Shown here in pieces: positions 46,505 through 64,000 of a stretch of DNA of 64,000 nucleotides. Made by a program: the position numbers and the translations under genes. Location: assembly GCA_002104905.1 (NCBI GenBank), contig MCFE01000359.1:1-64000 (forward strand). Reading direction: 5' to 3'. The notes under the pieces were generated by a model, which did not search any database, was not told where the DNA came from, and saw nothing but the letters and a program-made list of their open reading frames with translations. Source of the stretch: Basidiobolus meristosporus CBS 931.73. Lineage: Eukaryota > Fungi > Basidiobolomycota. Numbering within the stretch: the stretch's first letter is position 1; the number at the start of each line of letters is the position of its first letter.

Positions 46505-47398
46505 CTAGCGACAGGGTGATTCGTCCGGATTTTGTGACTTCCTTTCTTCTTCGGCAGTAGGGAGAAACGCCCAGAGTAGTGGTTGGGAATCTTGAAGAGT
46601 TTGCATAAGCATCAGTTTCCGCCAATGGGCTATGCTATCTTACCTTTGGGATTGATCCTTTCTGATGCTGCCACTGCGCTGGAGTAGAACATCCAGTAGT
46701 GGCCATTGTTACAATCAGCTAGGCACGAGAAACACGCAGTAGTGACATTGTATCCGAGAACATTTCCGCTGTAAATTCCACGTCAGGAAGTCAGTCTACG
46801 CTGGAGTTGTCATATCTGAATTGTATTTACCAGCCCAAGCAAGCGACATCTCGTATCTTACAATGGCAGTTATTCGTTGTGTACTCTGGACCAATGCGCT
46901 GCACCCTAAGGTAATTACCAGCCATAGGTGAGTGGGAAAACCAAAGTAAAGGCCAGCTTACTCGTGGAACAATACATACCCTGACGGGACAGAATCAGTG
47001 GAGAACAGTTCAACTCTTGTGTCTGCTAGTAGTATGGCATTCATTCCTCGCTGGCAAACGGTTGTATGGCATGAGCGGCAGGACAAAATGCACACGGTTT
47101 TGCTTCGGAATTGGGGATGAACATTTTGACTGCCCATAAGAGAACTATTGTTGCCTGTATTTCCCAGATGAATGCCCCGTGAATTCAGATATTCCCCTTG
47201 ACTCGAAATGCGGTGGCTTCTTCGAGGAGAATGATGCAATGGGGCCATTTGAAAGCTACTTTGAGAAGCAGACTTCTCGAAATTTCCGGAAGGTTGGAGA
47301 TAGTGAGTCCACTGGTTGGAAAGAAGAAATATGGCCTGGGAGGAGTTCCGGTCGTTCCGTTGAGTCAGCCTTATTAAACGCGATTTGTGGTAAAGCAA
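46505..47398 (-). CDS. FAM72-family (Yippee/Mis18-like) protein; 4 exons
   Basis: VCILSCRSCHTTVCQRGMNAILLADTRVELFSTD / CHCKIRDVACLGC / GNVLGYNV..C..CLADCNNGHYWMF / LLWAFLP. Confidence 0.85.
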
Positions 47399-48127
47399 AA
47401 ATAGCCCGGTCCTAATGGAGTCGCAGGAATTCCGGTTGATAAAGCAAGAGGGGAATCCACAAGATTATCGGTGAGATTTGGGCAAGAGGACACTAGAAGT
47501 GCGTTAGAGTAGAAGCAGAATTTGTGGGCTACCTTCAGTGACTACTGTTTTGTGGGGGCCCCCTATTTTTCGATTGCAATTTATTCAATCGAATTCACCA
47601 TCCATCAATCCATGGTTGAAGAATATTTCGCCAGCTGTAGAGCCAACCATAATATATATGTTGGCTAACAATCATTTATATTTAATTACTAAAAGGAGTT
47701 TTTCATAATTATGGGGCAAATTGCATTGGCAAGCATGTATTAACTATTTTCGAGATACTTCCAAGGCGTAAGCTAGACGAGGCTAGCATCGACTATTGGT
47801 TCATTTCTAGCTGCTGATTCAGTGATGTACATTGATATTTTACCATTCGGTCTTTTCCGCGCTCGATTTTTTGTCACCATTACTCTTGGCACCTAATAAG
47901 GTTCAGCTGGTAGGGTAATGAATGGCTTTGGTATCCATGATGTAACCGCTGTCAAAGTTTCATGCACTTGTTGAATATTGTTGGTGGACATTTGGCGGTT
48001 TTTATTGATTAAAAGGCTCACAACTACTTGCTGCTCATGTGACCGTCTGATGTATCGATCCGTAAGGGCAATGGTGTTCCAAAACTGCTATAGGTTTCGT
48101 GTGATGGCGTTTTGTGTATTGTGCTTG

Positions 48128-54938
<6,811 letters not shown>

Positions 54939-55598
54939 AACTTGCCTTTCTCGAAAGTATGGTCAACCACGTCAATATCGATGCGGGCCAAAATTCCTTG
55001 GGATTATGATTTAATTGGAATTAAGCTAAACCGAATAGATTAAGATGTTGAAAGGGAATCGAGTCACAGCAATTGTTGACTGATTTCTGAACCAACGGCA
55101 CGTGTTTTATGTACAAATCATCGAATGTGTAGCACCTTTGATCAACACAGCTTTTTATATGCGGACACCAGTTCGGTGATTGCATAGACTTGAGAGACAA
55201 TGTCGCACCAACCTGCCCATCGCTGCATATGTATTATTGAGTGGTAAACGCAATCAAGTTAGTACAAAGCCATGCTACTGGAGTTGGCAGTGGTTAAGGT
55301 TTCGGGGTTCGTCTATATTTTATATTGTACTTGGCACCCCTTACAGGTGCAATTTTGAAGGTACAGTCCCACTACAGGGATGGATACTAGAAGATATATC
55401 AGCATCAGACAGGATGTATCCACTTTTCATTAACTTGTTGATCCTCAGCTACTAGTCTGTCTCTGACAACTCTAAAGAATATTTAGTACTTTAACCTTTC
55501 ATTTGATAATTTTGTTAACTCTTTGGACTCTCTTGTTCTGCACCTACACTATCTCTTTGAAAATAAGCCGGTCATTTCTGTCTTGACATATAACCCCA

Positions 55599-58497
55599 AT
55601 GATGACCAACGTTGATAACAAACCCTCCTTGAGACCACCCTTGAGCCTCACGAAGGTAAGCTTTCCCATGAACACCGCTGCGGTAGTCGGGCGATATCGC
55701 TAACAAATACTTTCCTACCACAACCTCAACAACTACTTTTATTCCAATCTAGCCTTCAAGCTCCCGGTTTGCTAAAAGTCAACAAGCTAACGAAGAGCTG
55801 AATACCAGCAATGCTGGGTATGGCGATGCTGAAGGCTTGGAGGTCGGAAAACCAGGCAACATTGAAAGCGGCCTAAACAAACTCGGTGGTAACCTCAATA
55901 CACTGCGCCCTGCACGCAGTAGACTAGGGCTACCTCCACCTTCAACCACTTTCAAATCGGGTGGTAAACCAAATGAAGAGGAGTTAAGCAATTCGGAGGC
56001 ACTGAACATACAGAACCTGACGATCACTACGAAAGAAACACCCCCTAAAGCCAAATTCCTTGATGCAGCAGCCAACGTTCAAGTTGGTGGCACTGGTACC
56101 CCAAAATCTGTGCCGCCCCCAGGAAAGCGAGAATTCAGTCCAGCGCAAAAGTCCCCAGCTTTGAACCGGAATAAGGTCAACGTGAATCCCTCCAAAACTG
56201 CAGTGGCGATAGACAAGATGAAGCAGGAGAGAGAGGAGAGAAGGAAACGATTCGCAGAAGCAAGGGTACAAAAGCAGCAACAACAAGGAGAAGCTTTTGA
56301 GGTAGCCAAATACATGGAGATGATAGGGGAAATTCGCTCCGAGTTGGATACCAAAATAGTGCGATCTAGACGCAAATCTATTGGTAACTGTGGTATCTCT
56401 GGTACTGGTAAAGACGTATCCATTCAGGTATGCGTAAGGAAGAGGCCCTTGAGCAGCAAAGGTCAGTAGTAACTACATGAATCGCTTCACGTATGGCCAG
56501 TCCAGCTCATTTCCTCGATATAGAGAGCAACGCTTATGCATTCGATATTGCAACTTCGGCACCAAGCAAGCATAGAAACTCGTTGAGCAGAGTTTATATC
56601 CATGAGCCGAAATGCCGCCTGGATCTCACCAAGACCATTGATACGCAATGGTTTGATTTTGATGAGGTATTTGATGAAAATAGTACCAATCTGCAGATCT
56701 ACCAGGTGGTTGGAAAGCCATTGGTGGAAAAGCTCTTCGACGGAGGAAGCTCCACATTGTTCGCATACGGACAGACTGGAAGTGTAAGCCCGATCTCATC
56801 TGGTCAAGATCTATCGAAAGTTACTAATTGTTGTCGTTTAGGGAAAAACTCACACGATTTTTGGCTCTCCTGGTGGGCAGCACTCGACTCTTGGAGTCTA
56901 CGAATACGTATGTAAAGATCTGTTCCTAATGAAGGAGGGCTACGGTGCAGGTGAATTGACAGTGTCGATGTGCTTTTTCGAAATCTACGGAGGCAAAGTA
57001 TTTGATCTTTTTGGAGACCGGGCATCAGTGAACATCCTAGAAGATGGATCCGGAAACGTACAGGTGGTTGGGTTGAATGAGATCTATGTTAATTCTTTAG
57101 ACGAAATGCTACAATGCATAGATCGCGGAAACCAGTCACGATCAACTGCCAGTACGGAAGCCAATGCGACATCGTCTCGGTCACATGCAATCTTCCAAAT
57201 CGTCATCCACAGAGCAGACCAATCCACCCTCGGGAAGTTCTCGTTGATTGATTTGGCGGGCTCCGAGAGAGCCTCGGAAAGTGGCTCTGCAACCAAGCAA
57301 TCCCAATTTGAAGGTGCCGAGATTAACAAGAGCCTGCTGGCTCTGAAAGAGTGTATCCGTGCATTAAGCATTTATGGAGATTCCAAAAATGGACATGTGC
57401 CATTTAGAGCAAGCAAGCTGACTCAGATACTGCGAGACGCCTTGACCGGACCTCGCTCCAGTACAGTAGTCATTGCCAATATTTCCCCCAGCTCGCATAG
57501 TTGTGAGCACACGCTAAATACCTTGAGGTATGCTGGAAGAGTCAAGGATTTGAGAAGCGGCACCATTGCATACACCCCTGGTAAGAAAACTGGGAATAAG
57601 CAAAATCTTGGCCCAGAGACGCCAACATCCATCAGTGAAGAAGAAGATAATCTACTGTCAAGTGAGGAGACGGATTCTGACAGCCTTTCCAATGCAAAGG
57701 AGGATGAGCTGATAACACCCGTTTCAAGCGATGCTACCAACTCCTCAATCGAAAAGCTCCAACGCAACCTAACATCATCATCATCGAATCATGAAGATCC
57801 GATCCCTCCAAAGCAGAGTATTAAGAGAAACCAGGGTAGCGAAGAACAGCCGCTCTCTGCAAAAGCATTGGTCAACTCCAAAAATGCGCCCCTGCCTTCA
57901 CCGGAATCCTCCTTGAATGCCTCCCCGTTGGCTGGCTTACCACGAAGAATGGTCAAAACACCAGAGCAGATCCAGGGAATCAACACCACAAAAGGAATTT
58001 CTCATGAGGAGAACATCAAAGCGGTGAATACTGCAAACACCGCTGTAGCTTCTAGGTTCAACAAGACGATTCGCACTCCCAGTACTACCAACACGGCTGC
58101 AAAGATTTCACCTGTGAACACACGGAACAACTTGCGAAAGCCAAGCAAAGAGGCTGATCCAGCTCCTACGACACCAACCGTGTCTATTTCTCTGGAGCCA
58201 ACTTCTCCATCGGTCGTCAATAATACGGAACTGCAAGAATCTTTGGACCGTTTACTCAAGCAGCAGGCATATGCAATTGAAAGTGTGAATAAATTAAGCG
58301 ACCAAGAAAACAGAATGTTCTCGGAGATTAACCATACGGATGTGACGGCAATAGTAGACTATCCAAGCAAATTGGAGGACATTCTAACCGAAAAGATTGC
58401 TGTACTCACCGCCTTTAAAGATCTGGTCACCGGGTTCAAGCAGAAATCGAGGCAAGCTGTCGCCTGGGAGAACCTGAAAAATGCTGGTCTGGAATGA
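55599..58497 (+). CDS. Kinesin-13 (KIF2/MCAK-like) microtubule depolymerase
   Basis: IQVCVRKRPLS, EPKCRLDLTK, FDFDEVFDE, FAYGQTGS, FFEIYGGKVFDL, SSRSHAIFQI, LIDLAGSER, EINKSLLALKECIRAL, HVPFRASKLTQILRD. First exon MMTNVDNK inferred. Confidence 0.92.
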
Positions 58498-58819
58498 CCT
58501 GATCGTACATTAAAGATATTCATGTTTTTTGCCTGACCACTCATAGCTAGAAAACTCCTATCCTTCGCCTATATCCAAATAGAATTAAGCCAATAAACCC
58601 AAACATAGCTGCAATGGGTCAATGCATGGCTTCCTGTGCTACTTTGGAGTGTCAATGTAATGTCTTCAACAAATACCATACCACTGAAACTCTCTATCAT
58701 AGGTGCGAGTGTTTGGATTTGGATTTGAGAAATTCTTTATTATCATTATTGAAAATATGTGGACTTGAAGCTAGTATTTTGATAGTATATATGGTGAATA
58801 TCGGTGTGACCTGCAATGC

Positions 58820-59348
58820 TCACAAATACATTAAAGCTGCTCCAACAGCCATCATTCCCACAGCTAGACATGGCTTTCCTATAGCTGCAGAGTTCACCTT
58901 GGTTGTTCCCGTCGGCCTCATGCTGGAAGAGGCTGAGCTTGGACGTGCTGATCCCGAGCTGGTGCACATAGAGTTAGTTGATATGTTGGAATATAGCCAC
59001 ATCTCTTGTCTATTACCTTGAACGGGCACTATTTGCCGGAGTTACTGAAATGAACGAATTTGAAACTGTGCTGCTACTCGTTGGTGTAGACGACATAGCT
59101 GAGCTAACGGATGGGCTGAACGGGAGAGCCGTGTTTCTAGAGCTACTGGCGACGGAAGATTGAAGGAACGAGGGAGTTGGTATTGCCGATGAGGAATGGC
59201 TTGTGAGCGCTGAAGTCTCGCTAGTGCGTTCACTGCTACTAGTTGGCTCTGCACTTATATTGCTATCCTCAGGTCTGAAATCAACCTCGTTCATTTGAGC
59301 GACCACAGCAGTACTCAGAGCAAGCACGATGATTTGACGGAAATGCAT
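58820..59348 (-). CDS. Small Ser/Thr-rich secreted, probably GPI-anchored cell-surface protein; 2 exons
   Basis: Signal peptide MHFRQIIVLALSTAVVA, S/T-rich body, GT-AG intron, and C-terminal NSAA plus hydrophobic tail LAVGMMAVGAALMYL. Confidence 0.75.
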
Positions 59349-59937
59349 GATTGAAAAGTTGATGTAAATCTAGATGGAATGGAGTGAGCAATCTCGAACT
59401 TGACACTTGCTATTTATAGGGTATCCTCTTCCTTTTCAGCTCTCCCTGACCACTTCTACTACCCCTAGGGTGTCTCTGCACCTCAATTCAATCCCTACAT
59501 CACACCAACAGTCTATTGAACATTTAAGGCCCACAAGCATTTCGGTGACGATAGAGATAGGAGAATGGATCCACCCAGCTGGTAGGATCTACAGCAGTAT
59601 GAAGGAGATGTAAACGATATTCATGACGATTTCACTTGGAGACAGGGCTGATGCAGCTCTCCCAGTATTTCTGTGCTATATCATATTTTTTTGACCAGTA
59701 CTCTGCTTAAACTAGGCATATCCGATAGGCTTAATTAAACATGAATGTTTACACAAGATCAGTATTTTTCTTCCAGGAATTTGTGATTTTGCGAACGATA
59801 GTCATAAATGGCGATAGCCATCCAACCAAAATTTGGGCCTATCCATCATACCCTAAAGATTTTCCGATATTTTCCAGTAGAGTAAACGATCCGTTATCAA
59901 CGTTGCTCCCATCGCCTGGCCTTTCAGTATACTAAAG

Positions 59938-60618
59938 ATGGCTACTTCACAATTACTTCCACTTGGTAAGTACAGATTCCTCCGAGCAGATCGATATGTC
60001 CATATATTAGCCAATACACACTTGCGCAAGTAACACCCCACTAAAATTCCCTTACCAACGAAACCATTCTTTCGGCTATAGAACTCATTGATAAATGTAT
60101 CGGATCTAAGATCTGGGTTGTTATGAAAAGCGAACGCGAGTTTACCGGGATCCTCTCTGGTTTTGACGATTATGTCAGTATCCTTTTTGAGCGCTGATTG
60201 TTTGGTTTGGTGAAGATCGCAACCTTTTCAACATGGCCGTGCGATGTCGACCGTTATCGCTTTAACTCCATCGATTCATAGATATGGTTTTGGAAGACGT
60301 GACTGAATAGTAGGTTTTTGTCTTCTAAGCTACACTGCGTGCACCTTAGTTAACTTGCTTCTGTTCGAACCAGCGAAACCACGCCTGAAGGGGTCAAAAG
60401 CATGAAGTTGGATCAGATATTGCTGAACGGCAACAACATCTGCATGGTAAGTGAAGCGTTCGTTTTTGCCCTTGAGCGAAAGTTTACCTAGCGAGGCATT
60501 CACTAACTGCTTATTTACACAGCTTATTCCTGGTGGAGAGTAAGCAGCTTTTCTTCGCTTGATCATTTGTCAGACTATTTACCCGGTTGATTGTTATAGG
60601 GGACCTGTTCATCAATGA
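59938..60618 (+). CDS. LSM5: U6 snRNA-associated Sm-like protein Lsm5; 6 short exons
   Basis: MATSQLLPL / ELIDKCIGSKIWVVMKSEREFTGILSGFDDYV / NMVLEDVTEY / ..KLDQILLNGNNICM / LIPGG. Not in the ORF track because the exons are short. Confidence 0.93.
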
Positions 60619-61496
60619 TTTAACAATTTTGCAATGAATTAAAAATCGATTAATCACTTATCACAGCTGTGGCTTCCATAGTATGTGGTTGAATTTGGAT
60701 ATCAAGGGGAAAAGAATATTTCTAAATAGATGTAATAGCAGAGATCAGGATTAGGGTTGGTAGAGGTGCTATGCACTCAAGGCCACGGCTCGTTAATGTT
60801 GGAAAGAAAGGAGCCTTTTAAATGATGATAAGCCAAAGAAACTTAATGCACCAAAGTCAACACACTACTGACGTAATTTAGAGTTTCGCTTTGGGAACAT
60901 TGTGAATGGCATCTCTGCCATCAGGATGGATCAACAATACCCCTTCAAGTAGCCTGCCTAGACTTTATCCGGCAGGCTTGAGGTGTTGAGCTTCGGTGGC
61001 ATACAGGATGGCATTAACATTTCGTTTACACGCGGCAATACTCTCACGCTCGATGGCATTAACCCCTTATAGAAAGCAAACAATTGGCTACTTTCTCACC
61101 ATCCAATAACCCAGCGATCAACCAATCCAGGGAAATCTTATCGTTAAAGGGTGGACACTCACCTGACCAAAATGACTCATTCTCGAGTTGAGATGAAGTC
61201 CCGATCGGTGCCATATTTGTTTAGAACCCTTCTATCAACCAAAATTCAGCAACGTAAATACGAAGAGCCCCAACCGCATCACAAACCGAGGTTTGCCTTT
61301 TTCGGCCAAGGGGAAGCCAGATAATTGGGTGATGGGCGGATTTCGGATCAATCGGATTTCGAAAGAAATGAACAATGGCAGGTGTATATCTTTATAAGGA
61401 TCTGGTTTGTCACACTGGAATCAAAGCACCTACGCCTTCATCACCAAATAGAATCTCGGTTCATTCCCCCTCTAATAATTTCCTATTAATCTTAAT

Positions 61497-62890
61497 ATGG
61501 GTGGTAACAGTGGTTTGGAAGAGAAAGAACCTCCTCAGTTGGAGTACGACGACACATCGAACGACCCTCATCGTACGCGCACTGGGTCCAGTGTGGGTGC
61601 ATACTTCAACATCGTATGCGTCATTGCTGGCACAGGCACACTGCAGCTGCCGTTAGCTGTGAGCCAGGCCGGGTGGATCGGTGTTGGAATGATCATTCTT
61701 TCTGCCATCATCGCTATATACACCGGGGGCCTGCTGATTAAATGCTTGTATTATGATGGGTATGTTTCTGTGCGACTGCTGTGTACCAACCACACACTAA
61801 ACGTTATTCCTTAGAGTTTCGAGGCTGCCAGACTATCCTTCAATTGGCCAAGCTGCTTTTGGAAGATTTGGCAAAGCGTTCATTCGAGCGTTTCATTACT
61901 CGATCCTTCTTGGCGCCGCCTGCATTTACATTCTGCTGGCTGGCCAAAACATCTACAACCTGGTGGGTCACCTGGGTGTTCACTTCAGCCAGAAATACTG
62001 GATCATTATTGCCGCCTCGATCATTTGGTTTCCGTACGTCAGCCTCAAGACAGTCAAGGAGGTTGCCTGGCTCTCGTAAGTACTTTCCAGGTGAAATGCC
62101 TGCAATCAGGTCCGAAATTAACCATTCTTCGAATAGTATTTTCGGTGCTGTGACAACATTGATTGTGGTCGTTATCTCAGTGGCCGTCGGGTTTCTGGAT
62201 ACCAGCGTAAAGCACGAGCACATCGTCCACTCGTCGGCGAATCTGGATGGACTGCCACTCGCGCTTGCATCCATCTGCTTCTCGTTCGGTGGAAATGTCA
62301 TTTATCCTCATGTAGAGGAGGGCATGCGCTCACCAAAGTCTTGGAACAAAATCGTCACCTACGCTATTATTACTATTCTTGGCATGTACCTCTTGATCAG
62401 TATCCCTGGATATATCGTGTACGGCAACATCGTACAGTCACCTATCTACAATTCGCTTCCAGACTGGCCTGCCACCAACGCTGCGATTATCTTGATCACC
62501 GTCCATATCATCATGGCCGCCCCCTTGTACCTTACCAGCTTTGCTAATGAGATGGAGGATCTCCTGAAAATCTCTCGCAAATACCACTCACGCAGCAAGG
62601 AGTTTATATTGCGGGTTATCCTTAGAACGCTGATCGTGATTGCTATGACGTTGCTCGCAATGTATGTGCCGTATGTGGATACTCTCATGTCCCTTATTGG
62701 CGCCCTTTCCTACAGTATCATTGTATATATAGCACCAGTTGTACTGTATCTGAAATTGTATGGATGGAGGAGCGTCGGAATACTGGAGCTGCTATGGTGT
62801 CTCATCATCGTTGCCATTGGTATGATTGCGCTTGTGCTTGGCTCGAAAGATGCCGTCCAACAGCTGGTTCAACAGTTCAGAGACCATTAG
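61497..62890 (+). CDS. Amino acid/auxin permease (Aa_trans, AVT-like) transporter
   Basis: GAYFNIVCVIAGTGTLQLPLAVSQAGW, LASICFSFGGNVIYPHVEEGMRSPKSW, multiple TM segments, and introns. Confidence 0.9.
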
Positions 62891-64000
62891 AAAATCCATC
62901 ACCAACATAACCCCCTACATATTTTGTATAATAAACCTTATAGTTTGTCATATTTTATGAAACATTCGGCAGATTTAGGAATGTGACATTTCGCCTTACA
63001 CTTTATTAATGGTCCGCTTTTGGAAGGACCAGCTGGCGAGCTTGTATAAGGAGCAAATTATGTCAAAAAAAAAGCAAAGTGGCACAAATAGATGTAATAC
63101 AGAACATTGATGTCCGTGGGAACAAGAGGATTTCACACAACCCAAAATTCAGTGAATAACCACCAATTTAACAAACATGAAATTAAACTGGAATTTACTC
63201 ATATTTGGTACCTTAACCAAATACGAAATAAGGTACGAATTGCGTAGTCACCGCGACATCTCACCCATTCTTATCAGCGTTATGAAGCATTTCCTCTAAA
63301 GGAAGCGACTGGACTAAATGTGGGGAGTGGAAGCACACCCAACAAATGAAGAAATACGTAGATATTCGGAAGCACTTTCGTTGGTGATCTAATTGAGTCC
63401 CATGTAAGGTGTATGGGTAAGCCAAACACTAGGAATACAAAATGAGGAATGAGTGGTGCATAATTGGCTATCATTAGATGCATTGATCCATGTGGGTCAC
63501 ATGAATTCTGCAGATACGAGAGATAAGTTCTGTTGCGCGAGATATCGCAAGAAGAAGACACCACATCTAGGTAGGAGCCAAATCCTCCCTCGGCGTCGCC
63601 TATGTTCTTGCTTTTAATTGTGACATATGTACGAGGTGAAGCTTGTGCTCGTTAAAGTAACAACTCAGGTGACCATCAAACGAATAATTCGATACTTAAT
63701 CTCGAGCTAAATTTGGGAAAAAGATCCAAGTAGAATGTCCCATGCCATAACGGCCACTCAGAAAATTTATTGGTTGACAAATGGTTCTTCGAATGAAGTC
63801 TGGAATAAGATAATGTCAGCCAATTGAGTAACCGGTTCTTCTTCTAATCTAGTGGTTGTTGCATACAATAATTGTTACTGGATCCAGAAATTTTCGGTCG
63901 GATATAAAAACTGGCCTTGTCTCCAAGAGACAACATAGATCTCGAGGTTTATTTCAGTTCCCTTCTGCCATCCTTTCACCAAGTCGTACACTCATTGGAT

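Noticed and set aside
63000-64000. ORF 63280-63564 and short minus-strand exon-like pieces near the right edge
   Set aside because: No motif or convincing splice path; may be the 3' end of a gene outside the window.

Overview
Eukaryotic, intron-containing fungal DNA. The gene set (WDR81, FAM72, TMEM94, GLTSCR1, kinesin-13) suggests an early-diverging lineage such as Zoopagomycota or Mucoromycota; this is inference. The window has two sharply separated compartments. (1) About 1-22,400 is an AT-rich, almost CpG-free block of dead, nested transposons: two Ty3/Gypsy fragments, a Ty1/Copia family (8 LTR copies, one full-length element inserted antisense into a sister copy), a probable LINE scrap and a PIF/Harbinger-like DNA-transposon family. 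That family consists of a decayed DDE transposase missed by the ORF track, a 211-bp MITE with 10-bp-phased repeats, and two ~733-bp hairpin (foldback) elements. The hairpins inserted independently 52 bp apart in the Copia protease region, and their arms show copy-specific homogenisation. (2) About 22,800-62,900 holds 16 protein genes: an atypical P-type ATPase with substituted catalytic and ion-binding motifs, a lysine methyltransferase, CutA, a HAL/SAT4-type kinase, a GLTSCR1-domain protein, TMEM94/ERMA, LAT1, CDC20, a bacterial-type ArsC, a NIPA transporter with a Cys-rich ectodomain, FAM72, WDR81, kinesin-13, a GPI-anchored protein, LSM5 and an amino-acid permease. No tRNA, rRNA or CRISPR was recognised. 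All alignments and counts were made by eye and need computational confirmation.
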